Source: a virus (lineage: Duplodnaviria; Caudoviricetes). Taken from it: a stretch of DNA of 59,864 nucleotides. The position numbers and the translations under genes are program-made. The stretch lies in IMG/VR virus record IMGVR_UViG_3300027835_000237, positions 1 to 59,864 of that record. One strand, 5' to 3'. Positions within the stretch are counted from its first letter, which is position 1, and every line of letters starts with the position of its first letter. This document shows positions 26,212-35,737 of the stretch, in pieces. Below the pieces are notes generated by a model. The model ran no database searches, was not told the origin of the DNA, and saw nothing but the letters and a program-made list of their open reading frames with translations.

Positions 26212-28209
26212 TTAATGAGCTTCGCTCCAATCCATTCCAATGCCTTCACTAACATATACTGGAACTTCTAATGGGATTGCTACTTCCATCATTCGCTTCA
26301 ATTCAGTATAGCATTCTATTCCGCGTTGGGTCGGGAATAGGCTGCCATCTAGCTCATCATGCACCGTGATTGAAATTGTAAAATCTTTTGTAGAAGTACA
26401 AATGCCAGCTTCCCAAGCATCCACCATACATTTCTTCATGTGATCCGCCGCCGATCCTTGAAGCAAACGATTCAGCGCCTTGTGCGTCATGCTGCGCCGA
26501 AGATTGAACCCGTAGGCTTCCATCGCATCGGAGAGCGGCAGGGCTGACTTGCGCCCCGCGCCCCAATCCATCTCAGCCGGCTCATACATCTCGAACTGGC
26601 TACGCCGACCCAGGATCGTGCGGATCTCTCCAGTATCTTGCGCTTGTTTAGCGCAGATGTCAAGCAATTCTTTTATGAACGGTGCTTTTTCATGGTAGGT
26701 TCTAAAGATTTCTAGTGTCTGTTCCGGGGGCTTCCCATAGGCATCAAGTTTATGCCCTAGACTAATAGCGAGCTTTACTTTGCCGGCCCCGTAGACAAGC
26801 GCAAAATTGAGGTTCTTCGCAGTCTTTCTATCCAAGCCCGTTAGGGTAGCAACTCCCTGGTGGAAGTCCACGTTCGGGTCTTTGACATACATCTCCTGTG
26901 CTTTGCTCGCCCCTTTGCACTTGTTAAGTACCGCATTGTGTACAAGATACCGATACTCAATCTGGCTGAAGTCAAGGGAGAACCATTGCGCGCCCTCTTC
27001 AGGAATAAACATAGCCCGGCAGGGCGGGCCTATTTGCTTTGCAATCTCATCGTTCTCGCGGGCCGGGATGTTCTGAAGGTTTGGGTGCGTGCCGCTAAAA
27101 CGACCGCTGACCGCGCCACGCTCGCCCCGTTCATCTACACGCCGCAGAGGATTGAACTCACCATAGATGCGGTCGCCTATCACATAGTCTGTTATGTAGC
27201 CATCTACAAATGTCTCTTTTGCCTTATCAAAACGATTGGCAGCCGCCAACGCTTTACCCACAGGATGTTCCAGGGAGTTTAACCACGCATCCGTGATGCT
27301 CGGGTTGCCACGCTCTGTAGTTGGTACTTCAATACCGAGCTTTTCAAAAGCGGGTGCAAGCACCGAGATCCGCCCAAAGTTTTCTTCCGTAAAGTGAACA
27401 CCTGACAGTTCACGGGCCCTACGTAATGCCGCATCGCGTTTACTATCAAAAGTCTTTCCAAGATTTGCGGCGCGTTCTAAATTCACGCGCACACCCTGTT
27501 CGCGCATATAAAGCAGAAAAGGTGCTAGGCGACTTTCTAGGTTAAACAAATCTGTCATCCCAAGTCGCGCTAATTCCGTTTCCTGGAAAGTCTTAATCTC
27601 AAGCGGCATCGTAACATCACCAATGCCATACGCGCGCGCGTGACCAGGATGCACTTCTCGAAAACGGTTAATGTAATCGGGCCCATACAACTCACGCAAA
27701 ACCTGTTTTGCTTTACCGCGACCCAGATATTTTTTACCGAGGGCTTCTAACGAATAGCTATCCGCGATATCGTCAATCAATGCTTCGGCCCATTGTACAT
27801 CCCACCACTTCGCGTGCACCGGGCGCACATTTTTGCTTTGAAGCCAATCGCCATCGTAGAGTACTACATTCGCGCCAGTGATGGTGCCACGATAATCATT
27901 CAGATTGTCGCGCAGATATTGCCAGAAACGCTCCTCATCTACGTTCTGGCCGTTGCTGTGCCGGACGGGATAGTACTCGGAGAAACCATCGACTGAAATA
28001 GATGCGCCTACAATGTAGCTATCACTGCGCCGTGCGCCACAACCCTTCTCGACAATGTCAGGATCATGCGTTTCAAGATCGAGGGAGATACATTTCGCAT
28101 CTAGGAGGCTTGGAAACTGTGTGGGCACATGATAATCACGCGGCGGCGGCGGCACAAAGCCCGGCGCGGCTGCTGCTAGTTCTTCGTTAGTGAAAAAACT
28201 CTGTTGCAT
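26212..28209 (-). CDS. polA: Family A DNA polymerase with 3'-5' exonuclease
   Basis: LDLET; SGRFS...PNLQNIP; motif A DFSQIEYR; motif B RKTAKNLNFALVYG; motif C TVHDEL. Confidence 0.95.
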   Translation of the reverse strand: MQQSFFTNEELAAAAPGFVPPPPRDYHVPTQFPSLLDAKCISLDLETHDPDIVEKGCGARRSDSYIVGASISVDGFSEYYPVRHSNGQNVDEERFWQYLRDNLNDYRGTITGANVVLYDGDWLQSKNVRPVHAKWWDVQWAEALIDDIADSYSLEALGKKYLGRGKAKQVLRELYGPDYINRFREVHPGHARAYGIGDVTMPLEIKTFQETELARLGMTDLFNLESRLAPFLLYMREQGVRVNLERAANLGKTFDSKRDAALRRARELSGVHFTEENFGRISVLAPAFEKLGIEVPTTERGNPSITDAWLNSLEHPVGKALAAANRFDKAKETFVDGYITDYVIGDRIYGEFNPLRRVDERGERGAVSGRFSGTHPNLQNIPARENDEIAKQIGPPCRAMFIPEEGAQWFSLDFSQIEYRYLVHNAVLNKCKGASKAQEMYVKDPNVDFHQGVATLTGLDRKTAKNLNFALVYGAGKVKLAISLGHKLDAYGKPPEQTLEIFRTYHEKAPFIKELLDICAKQAQDTGEIRTILGRRSQFEMYEPAEMDWGAGRKSALPLSDAMEAYGFNLRRSMTHKALNRLLQGSAADHMKKCMVDAWEAGICTSTKDFTISITVHDELDGSLFPTQRGIECYTELKRMMEVAIPLEVPVYVSEGIGMDWSEAH

Positions 28210-28799
28210 TAGACCAGGGATAGGTAATAGCGAAAGCGCACTTTGAATTCGACTACAGCAATTCCATCTGGATCAATACAGTCTAGCGCAGGATAACGTC
28301 GCGCGTATGTGCGTACAAGATCCTCTGCTTCGTAACATCGTTGCTTGTAGAAGGTACGCAAACCTACATTGCCGATTGTCCAGGACTCCCCAAACAAAGC
28401 GTTGTTGTCCGCTGCCTTGACATCGGCCGCTTGAGCGGAGTTCATTGGCGATAAATTAAAGGACTTCAAAATCTTAGCAAAGAGAATGGCTTCAGTGGCG
28501 GAGTTTTCTTCTGTCTTGAAGGGGCGAGGAATATCATTGGTCAAAATTTCGGCGGCATCGTGGAGCAGACCATAAATCTTGAGCGGCTTCGGTAGCATAT
28601 CCGCTACCACAAATGAGTGCAATAGGACAGGCCAGAATTGCTGACAGCCGCCAGCGTAGCGGCAAATGCGTCCTAAACCAACTGCAATATCTTCGAGTGA
28701 CGGAGCAGGCGTATCATCACCTAGACCGACCTTGCGCCCTGTATAAGTATAGACGAATCGAGCACCGCTCGCCCACATCTCATTAAGATTGTCTACCAA
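28209..28799 (-). CDS. HD-domain 5'-deoxynucleotidase (YfdR/YfbR-like)
   Basis: EDIA..L..ICRY.G, V..HS, LLHDAAE...DI.RPFK, K.AD. Confidence 0.82.
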   Translation of the reverse strand: MVDNLNEMWASGARFVYTYTGRKVGLGDDTPAPSLEDIAVGLGRICRYAGGCQQFWPVLLHSFVVADMLPKPLKIYGLLHDAAEILTNDIPRPFKTEENSATEAILFAKILKSFNLSPMNSAQAADVKAADNNALFGESWTIGNVGLRTFYKQRCYEAEDLVRTYARRYPALDCIDPDGIAVVEFKVRFRYYLSLV

Positions 28800-29145
28800 C
28801 GTCCCTCCCTAGAAGAACCTCGTGCAAAAGTCCCATGACATTAAACATAATTGCAGCAAGTGTTTCTTCAATTGGTTCTCGTGCAATTGTCTTATGCCCC
28901 CGACGAATTAGCCAAAGATCCATCACATGGCGAACAAGAGACTTCATGTACACATTTTGTGGAATACCTTTTGTCCAGTTATCACTATCCCGTAGAGTAC
29001 CATCTTTCTGCTTGCGATGCACATTCATATACTCGGCGTATCGGTGCAAAACTAAAGGAGAAAGAAATCCCTCATAATCCAATTTACCAACTTCAGTATC
29101 GCGTGTTGCCCCCGTGCCGAATTGACGTATTACTTGGTCGGACAT
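28783..29145 (-). CDS. dATP/dGTP diphosphohydrolase N-terminal-like (DUF5664) protein
   Basis: F.TGATRD...GK.DY, DNWTKGIP...Y.KSL.RH, LAAIMFN. Confidence 0.7.
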   Translation of the reverse strand: MSDQVIRQFGTGATRDTEVGKLDYEGFLSPLVLHRYAEYMNVHRKQKDGTLRDSDNWTKGIPQNVYMKSLVRHVMDLWLIRRGHKTIAREPIEETLAAIMFNVMGLLHEVLLGRDVGRQS

Positions 29146-30992
29146 GCGCCCTCACATTCCTGCAATTCTAGCGAACCTGAACCAATTTGCTCTAGGTCTA
29201 AAGGCTTAATTTTGGCCGAAAACTGTTCGTATTGTTCTTGCGTAATAGCTTCCTTCGGCGCTTGCACAAAGCCATGTTCACTATGCGCCAGGAAACTAAT
29301 CGTTTTCAAACTATTCAAATTATCTCGCAGCCAGATTTTCAAACGGGGAATATCCTCGCGCTTGTAATAAACGCTCGTAGAAACTGCCTGATCCGCCCAC
29401 CACTTTTGCGCGAACATAGCAATCGAAAGTTGCTTCCAGGTATCAAAATCCTCATCGGCGACCGGCGTACCCTTTGGTGCTTCGATGTAAAAATCAACTA
29501 CCGAAGTACCGTGATCTAATGTTCCATCTAGCCGCTTGACAGGCTCAATATGATGACCTGCCGCGTGTAATAAGGGTATCAACGAATCCGTAGATGCGAA
29601 GCGAACACGTTGAATAATGTACCGCGAATAGGCAGGATGGATGCCCTCATAGCCGCCCATATCCAGAACCTTCGATACCGTTCCAGATGGTTTCACAACA
29701 GTCTTGCGAATACTTTCAGGGATACCTAGCTCTTTCGAATAGCTTTTATTTTCTTGCTGGATAGCCTTATAGGCGCGGTCTAAAGATGTTGAATTGAAAA
29801 GCGGCGACGCCAGGCATCCAGTAATGCCCGTACCAATTCGCCTATTCTTAACAATCACAGCCTGTGATTGCGGATGGTGATACTGTTCCAGCGACACACG
29901 TTTGCCATAACGGTGCATTAACCGCGCGGCTAAAACTAGCTCATCCTCATTCTCGATGTTTGGTAGAGCAAGCTCCTGGAGGTTACACGGTTCGAATGGT
30001 TCGAGCGTAGCTTCACCACAAGGATTGACACCTTCAGCAGGATCATGTTTTAGCTCGCCCATGCGCCCATATTTCTGAATCGCTTTCCGATTCACAATAC
30101 CGAAGGCTTCACCATTATCAAAGGTCTGCCAAAATAAAGGGTGCAAGTCATCCACATCCTCCACTACAACCGAATAGTTCGCGCACGACCGATGACTGGG
30201 AAGTGTGCCTAAATCCCAGCGTTTCATGCGCAGAAATTCTTTATCCCAGGGGTCACCTTGAATGAGAATCGCTGACCTACGTACATTGCCCGCAACAACC
30301 ATTTCTCCTGTTGCCGTCATCAAATCCGACGCATCTATGGGACGAATATGCCGACCCGCTCGCTTGGCCAAAATATCCGAGAGTATTTGGATGAACTTCA
30401 CTAATGCTAAAGGGCCGCTCGATATACCGCCGAAACCTTCAATCCGTTCGCCAGCACCACGTAGGCATGTAGTTGAGTAACTGAACGAACGCCCAGTTAC
30501 AAAGAAAGCTTTCAACGCGCGGCGCGTAAGCGCGCACCATCCCTCTCGGCTATCGGGTACGATATAATCTGCATCGCGTGTATTCTTATAAGTGACCACC
30601 ACATTTTCTTTTACTTTGGGCAACTTGGAAACAAAACGATGTTCAACACTCATACCTACTCCACCGCCAAGCATAAGCAAGTCTTGCGCGATAGGAAAAT
30701 GCTCCCAGTTAGCAGCAGTCATAAACCAGCAGTTCGTAAGTGCGGCGCCGCCAATCCGCTCATGCGCGGGTGCGCCCGAGAACCACAAACCCCGCCCTGC
30801 GGGTATCGCTTTACGTTCATAGCCTAATCGAAGAAGTTGTTTTACTTCCTCTTCCGGCACGTTCTTGCCGCGCACATTTCCTACTATAGCACGGTCAATA
30901 GTCTGCTCCCAATTTTCAAGCGCACCGAAATCGGAACGAGAGTATGTTCTACGAAAAACTATTTGAGCAAGATTGCTCCACGGCTGAGACAT
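29130..30992 (-). CDS. nrdJ: Class II (adenosylcobalamin) ribonucleotide reductase
   Basis: P.GR.LW, NC, LMLGGGVG, DSREGW, GNVRRSA, NPCGE, VKPSGTVS, C-terminal CEGACP. Confidence 0.93.
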   Translation of the reverse strand: MSQPWSNLAQIVFRRTYSRSDFGALENWEQTIDRAIVGNVRGKNVPEEEVKQLLRLGYERKAIPAGRGLWFSGAPAHERIGGAALTNCWFMTAANWEHFPIAQDLLMLGGGVGMSVEHRFVSKLPKVKENVVVTYKNTRDADYIVPDSREGWCALTRRALKAFFVTGRSFSYSTTCLRGAGERIEGFGGISSGPLALVKFIQILSDILAKRAGRHIRPIDASDLMTATGEMVVAGNVRRSAILIQGDPWDKEFLRMKRWDLGTLPSHRSCANYSVVVEDVDDLHPLFWQTFDNGEAFGIVNRKAIQKYGRMGELKHDPAEGVNPCGEATLEPFEPCNLQELALPNIENEDELVLAARLMHRYGKRVSLEQYHHPQSQAVIVKNRRIGTGITGCLASPLFNSTSLDRAYKAIQQENKSYSKELGIPESIRKTVVKPSGTVSKVLDMGGYEGIHPAYSRYIIQRVRFASTDSLIPLLHAAGHHIEPVKRLDGTLDHGTSVVDFYIEAPKGTPVADEDFDTWKQLSIAMFAQKWWADQAVSTSVYYKREDIPRLKIWLRDNLNSLKTISFLAHSEHGFVQAPKEAITQEQYEQFSAKIKPLDLEQIGSGSLELQECEGACPTK

Positions 30993-31002
30993 CAGGGACT
31001 CC

Positions 31003-31956
31003 TTAAGTTCGGTACTTCCACATCGAAGTGTTGGCCTGCTGAGTAACTCTCACTAGCGTAGCACACTTTGGCAAAGATTTCAAGCGAGTACTTCCAACAT
31101 ATGCACAAGCACTTCGTATACCACCACAAATTTCTTGAAGTGTTGTGTCTAGTTTTCCGTTTGCTGGAACTGTCAACTCTAGCCCTTCCGCCGCACGGTA
31201 GTTCTGCAAGCCCCCGGCATGTTCCTCAACTGCGCGCCGCGAAGCAGAGCCATAAAATTCTTGGCCATTCTCCTCGTGGCCCGCGAGCAGCGATCCCAAC
31301 ATTACAAAATCTGCGCCAGCCGCGAAAGCCTTTACAATATCACCGACCGTCGTACAGCCGCCATCTGAAATGATATGCCCACCTAAGCCGTGGGCCGCAT
31401 CGGCGCATTCAATCACCGCACTGAGTTGCGGGTAGCCCACGCCGGTCAGAAGTCGTGTGCTGCACGCCGCCCCGCTGCCCAAACCTACCTTCACAATGTC
31501 CGCGCCCGCGAGGATCAACGCCTCAGTCATTTCGGGTGTTACTACATTGCCTGCAATCAGAACCCCCGAGTAGCGGGCCCGCACATCTTTCACAAAACCG
31601 ACAAACCGCTCCATGTATCCATTCGCTACATCTAAACAAATAAAATCGCTAATAAGAACTGGCAGCGGTTTCAAACCAAAACTAGGGATATACGTTCCGG
31701 GCATGGTATTTTCATATGGAATAGTTTTTGGCAAACACGCCAGCATTTCATGACGGTTCATCGCGCAGGCTACTAACAAGGTTGTGACGCTTGCCATGTT
31801 AGCCGAGATTATAGGAATGCCTGTCCAGCGGTTGCCTGAGTGCTTGAACGTAAAGGTACGATGAAGATCAACGTCTTTGCGGCTAACAATCGTAGAACGC
31901 TTCGGACGCAGCAGGACGTCGCCGAAATCTAGTTTCAAATCAGATTCGATGTGCAT
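31003..31956 (-). CDS. guaC: GMP reductase
   Basis: KLDF.DVLLRPKRST..SR, CLDVANGY, KVGLGSGAACSTR..TGVGYPQLSAVIECADAAHG, GGIRSAC.YVG. Confidence 0.92.
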   Translation of the reverse strand: MHIESDLKLDFGDVLLRPKRSTIVSRKDVDLHRTFTFKHSGNRWTGIPIISANMASVTTLLVACAMNRHEMLACLPKTIPYENTMPGTYIPSFGLKPLPVLISDFICLDVANGYMERFVGFVKDVRARYSGVLIAGNVVTPEMTEALILAGADIVKVGLGSGAACSTRLLTGVGYPQLSAVIECADAAHGLGGHIISDGGCTTVGDIVKAFAAGADFVMLGSLLAGHEENGQEFYGSASRRAVEEHAGGLQNYRAAEGLELTVPANGKLDTTLQEICGGIRSACAYVGSTRLKSLPKCATLVRVTQQANTSMWKYRT

Positions 31957-31957
31957 A

Positions 31958-32317
31958 TTACGCGTGATCCTTTATCGCGTTCTTCTCGGCGCGAGCCGCA
32001 AGCTTCCCTAAATTGTGGGAAGCAACTGCTTCTAGCGTAATATTCAATTCATCCGCGAGCGCGGCCGCGTACCATAAAATATCGCCCAGTTCATCAATCA
32101 AGACGTTGCGCGCCGTAGGATCACCCTTGAAATAGCTTTCTGATTCGCGGAGGTATACCCCCTCACTTTGTTTACGTAGTATTTTCTTCCAATAATTAAG
32201 GATTTCACCGGCCTCGCCGCCTAACGCCGCAATAGCGTAGTTCAAGCCGGCCATCAATCCTTGCCCTGGGTATTGGGCGGTAGTCCTAGCATAGTCCTGA
32301 TAAGCGTTGAGTTTCAT
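31958..32317 (-). CDS. MazG-like nucleotide pyrophosphohydrolase
   Basis: YQ..A..TA.Y, L.GEAGE....KK, ELGDILWY, N..KL..R. Confidence 0.88.
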   Translation of the reverse strand: MKLNAYQDYARTTAQYPGQGLMAGLNYAIAALGGEAGEILNYWKKILRKQSEGVYLRESESYFKGDPTARNVLIDELGDILWYAAALADELNITLEAVASHNLGKLAARAEKNAIKDHA

Positions 32318-32324
32318 TTTTCTC

Positions 32325-32999
32325 CTATCTTGGTTTAGAAAGTGAGATTGATTGACGTTCATTCGGTATTAGGTCATCAAACAGAAGCGGTATCCTATCT
32401 TGAAAAACCTTCAACAAGGGAATTACGACACGACGAAAATCAGGATGCGTCTCTAAGGTGCAGCGAAGCATAAAGAACGAGCGCCAGTTCCGCAGGTTCC
32501 CTGTCACGGCGATTGTACTGGCGAGCGCGTTCGGTAGCACAGACCTGGCTAGTTGCGGCGGTCGTCCGTTTTCTACTAGTTCCAAATAATCTGTTTCCGC
32601 ATTCACCATTGCAGTTTTCCATATAGTGCGTGCGATGTGATCTGGTGAAGCATCACCGTCCATACCTGCCGGCATGATGAATTCCATCTCACCTTTCTTC
32701 TTGTAATTTACGAAACGCGTACTTTCTTGGGTAAAGGAAAATAAACGATGCCGAACAAGCTCGTGCGTAACGCCGCGATCAACTCGAAAGATAACAGTCG
32801 CGGCCGCGTGCTCAACTACGCTCCAATCACCTTTATCCATCACAACAAACTTGATGAAGCGTTCCCAACTATTTTCTGTTTGAAGTTGCTCAGAGCGATG
32901 GGAAATGCGGGCTAGTTTTTCAATTGTCCGTAATAATTCAATTCCAGCAGCAGCGTTCACGGGAGTAAGAACATCAAAGGTAGGCTCGATGATGTGCAT
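32325..32999 (-). CDS. thyX: FAD-dependent thymidylate synthase
   Basis: S..EH, RGVTHELVRHRLFSFTQESTRF, ARSVLPN, NLRNW..F..LR. Confidence 0.93.
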   Translation of the reverse strand: MHIIEPTFDVLTPVNAAAGIELLRTIEKLARISHRSEQLQTENSWERFIKFVVMDKGDWSVVEHAAATVIFRVDRGVTHELVRHRLFSFTQESTRFVNYKKKGEMEFIMPAGMDGDASPDHIARTIWKTAMVNAETDYLELVENGRPPQLARSVLPNALASTIAVTGNLRNWRSFFMLRCTLETHPDFRRVVIPLLKVFQDRIPLLFDDLIPNERQSISLSKPR

Positions 33000-34006
33000 T
33001 ATTCCTCGATTTCTTTTTCAACTTCAATAGGTGCCGCCATCTTTGCCGCCACAGCTTGTTGAAGTTGATCCAGAAGTACGGCGTCATCGCTCAATGCTGT
33101 AATCACACCGTTGCGCCCCTGACCTATGCTGTCTCCATGAAACGTAAACCACGCACCCGACTTCACAAGCACACCGAGCGTGAGCGCCCCATCTACAAAG
33201 TTCGGGATAGCAGGAAAACCCTTGCCATAAATGGCTTCGACTTCCGTTTCGCGGTGCGGCGTAGCCACTTTGTTCTTGACAAACTTTACCTTCGCGGTGT
33301 AGCCGATCTCTTTGTCGCCTTCCTTAATCCGGGTGCTCGCACGCACAGTGATACGCATACTGGAGTAAAACTTTAGAGCACGTCCACCCGTAGTTGTTTC
33401 AGGATTTCCGTAGAAGGTACCAATCTTATCGCGCACTTGATTGATGAAAATGAGGCAGGTGTCGGTCTTAGCAACCACGGCCGTAAGTTTGCGCAGAGCT
33501 TGCGACATCAAGCGGGCTTGGAGACCCATCTGCGGATCGCCCATCTCGCCGGCTAACTCTGCCTTTGGCACAAGCGCAGCAACACTATCAATCACCACGA
33601 TAGAAAACTGTTCAGATTTAATCAGCGATTCAGCAACTTCTAAGGCTTGTTCTCCGTTATCTGGCTGTGACACTACAAGATTATCAGTATCTACACCAAG
33701 AGACTTTGCATAAACAGGATCAAGCCCATGTTCCGCGTCGATAAAGGCAGCTAGTCCGCCAACCTTTTGCGCTTGTGAAATAATATGTAATGCGAGAGTT
33801 GTTTTACCGCCAGATTCGGGCCCATAAATTTCAACGATACGACCTTTAGGGACGCCGCCAACTCCAGAGGCTATGTCGATGGGCAGAATACCCGTCGAAA
33901 TCACCTTCACAGCAAGTCGGCGCGAACCTCCGAGGCGGAACACAGTTCCCTGGCCATGTTGCTTTTCGATTTGGCTGAAGGCTAATTTTAACTTCTGTTT
34001 ATCTAT
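32999..34006 (-). CDS. recA: RecA recombinase (probable ATA start at 34006)
   Basis: GPESGGKTT, DAEH, SQPDNGEQALE, ARLMSQALRK, INQ.R, GGRALKFY; in-frame N-terminal helix IDKQKLKLAFSQIEKQHGQG lies upstream of the track start. Confidence 0.95.
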   Translation of the reverse strand: MDKQKLKLAFSQIEKQHGQGTVFRLGGSRRLAVKVISTGILPIDIASGVGGVPKGRIVEIYGPESGGKTTLALHIISQAQKVGGLAAFIDAEHGLDPVYAKSLGVDTDNLVVSQPDNGEQALEVAESLIKSEQFSIVVIDSVAALVPKAELAGEMGDPQMGLQARLMSQALRKLTAVVAKTDTCLIFINQVRDKIGTFYGNPETTTGGRALKFYSSMRITVRASTRIKEGDKEIGYTAKVKFVKNKVATPHRETEVEAIYGKGFPAIPNFVDGALTLGVLVKSGAWFTFHGDSIGQGRNGVITALSDDAVLLDQLQQAVAAKMAAPIEVEKEIEE

Positions 34007-34416
34007 GACACACCTTCCTGATCCATTTTGTTCTCTATAGAATTTTCTAAGTAGCTCTGTGCTGTTTTCAATTCTTCGAGAGTAAAAAATCCCAGCGCCC
34101 TATTATGTCTATCGCATAGTAATCCGCGAGTACATTTTCCACAAGTAGGACGCTTGGTACAACATTTGGGATCATGGTCTATTTCCAATCCTCTTGTTTC
34201 TTGACACAAGGCACAATGACCGTCCTGCCGCTTTAAGATAGCAGCATACTCTTTAGCGGTTAGACCATACTTCCATGATCGTTGGTATTCTGGATTGTAG
34301 GAACAATTTTTGCACTGTGAACGCGGCTTTCCTTGCCGAAAATAAAAGTCCGCATAGGACTTTTCCTCCCCGCATTTGATACAACGCTTAGTTACTTCAA
34401 TTGCCATGCTGTCCAA
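34003..34416 (-). CDS. Endonuclease VII-like protein
   Basis: CIKC..K...DF, KYGLT..EY....Q.G.CALC, IDHD, RGLLC..HN..LG. Confidence 0.82.
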   Translation of the reverse strand: MDSMAIEVTKRCIKCGEEKSYADFYFRQGKPRSQCKNCSYNPEYQRSWKYGLTAKEYAAILKRQDGHCALCQETRGLEIDHDPKCCTKRPTCGKCTRGLLCDRHNRALGFFTLEELKTAQSYLENSIENKMDQEGVS

Positions 34417-35450
34417 CCAAAGATGCCATAGCTCGGATGCACAAGGAAGCTCACTTGTTGCGGCGGGGCATGTCGGCCCTGCATGTGGTCAAATTCAGTT
34501 GTACCTGGCAGGCTCCCATTAACGAGTATACTACCAGCAATTATAGCAGGAACATGCCAATGTCCACAGGAAATATAATTAAAGGTCTTATCAGTATTCA
34601 ATCGTTTAATGGCTTCACGTGCACGACCTCTTTCAAGCCCATAATAGGGTATCCCTAAGCTGCCCATCACTTCATGACCGTGAGAAATCAGAAATTTTTG
34701 CCCGACAACATCTGCTAAGAGTTTAGTACCTTCACCCATTTCAATCACAACCCGACCTTTCTCCACTAAGTCCGAAAGCAGAGCGTTAGCAAATTCATGA
34801 GCCAACCGGGAGTAATTGTTTTGCGCGCCTTGCTTCGCCTGATTTTTGCGGGTGAGCCTACCGTGATTGTCGGCGCTCATTTCCCAAATCTTGATCACTG
34901 AAAAGTTTGTTGAAAGCCGGCGAACCATTTCGGCGAAAAGTTCAGCGGCGCGAGCTATGGCAATCGTGATTGGCCATTCATTCGTAACTTCTAACTCATA
35001 ATGGATGTTTCCAGAGAGCAAGTCTGCTTCAGAGAAGATATCCAACTGCGGCAGATCGAACCCACCTTTGCGGTACATATTGGCTTGGTCGTTGACGCGA
35101 TCAATCAAATCAAATACGCGCTGTTTGGCAATTTCGTAATTGAAAACCCCAAACCCTTCGGTTTCTTTGGGGTCAATCACTTCACCAATTTGCCAATCCG
35201 ATACCTTCAAAACCATTCCAATCGAATACGTCCGCTTGCCCTTTTTGGGTGCACTCCATGTCGAGTAGGCCGTTACGGGTGTAATCGCTTTTACAGCCTC
35301 ATTAACAAGGTTTGTAAAACGTCCCTTGTCTTTCAGAAAGGCTTTTACTTGTGCTTGGAGTTCTCGATTCAGTGCTGCCAGATGTTCATTTGCTGCTTGC
35401 AATTCTTCACTCGGGGATACCTTTTTCTTGACGACATCACTAATCTGCAT
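34392..35450 (-). CDS. Metallophosphoesterase-like protein with N-terminal coiled coil
   Basis: SDWQIGE, ADLLSG, DNHGR, SHGH, GHWH, VNGS. Confidence 0.7.
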   Translation of the reverse strand: MQISDVVKKKVSPSEELQAANEHLAALNRELQAQVKAFLKDKGRFTNLVNEAVKAITPVTAYSTWSAPKKGKRTYSIGMVLKVSDWQIGEVIDPKETEGFGVFNYEIAKQRVFDLIDRVNDQANMYRKGGFDLPQLDIFSEADLLSGNIHYELEVTNEWPITIAIARAAELFAEMVRRLSTNFSVIKIWEMSADNHGRLTRKNQAKQGAQNNYSRLAHEFANALLSDLVEKGRVVIEMGEGTKLLADVVGQKFLISHGHEVMGSLGIPYYGLERGRAREAIKRLNTDKTFNYISCGHWHVPAIIAGSILVNGSLPGTTEFDHMQGRHAPPQQVSFLVHPSYGIFGWTAWQLK

Positions 35451-35727
35451 TCGAATTCTCCTGGAGTTGCTGAATGAGTGCTTGAATAGTTTTCTTGCTG
35501 CCCCACACAGTTCGCACAACAGAACACGTAGAAAGCATATAACCGTATCCCACAAGATGCGGATTGGCAAGGCGACAAGGACGTGAACCTGGATGCATCT
35601 TTAATGCTTTAGCCAATTCTTGTGTAGTGATTAGTTCTTCAAAAGGAAGTTTATCGAGCAACAATTTAATACGTTGAGTAAGGGATAATGCATCTTGTAA
35701 AGCTGCACCGTTCAATTTGAACGCCAT
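35440..35727 (-). CDS. Hypothetical protein (possible HTH)
   Basis: AGGAG SD; ELITTQELAKALK. Confidence 0.5.
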   Translation of the reverse strand: MAFKLNGAALQDALSLTQRIKLLLDKLPFEELITTQELAKALKMHPGSRPCRLANPHLVGYGYMLSTCSVVRTVWGSKKTIQALIQQLQENSNAD

Positions 35728-35737
35728 CAAACTCCTT

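Noticed and set aside
26212-32999. Confirmed 2-aminoadenine (Z) genome pathway
   Set aside because: No PurZ/adenylosuccinate synthetase homologue in the window.
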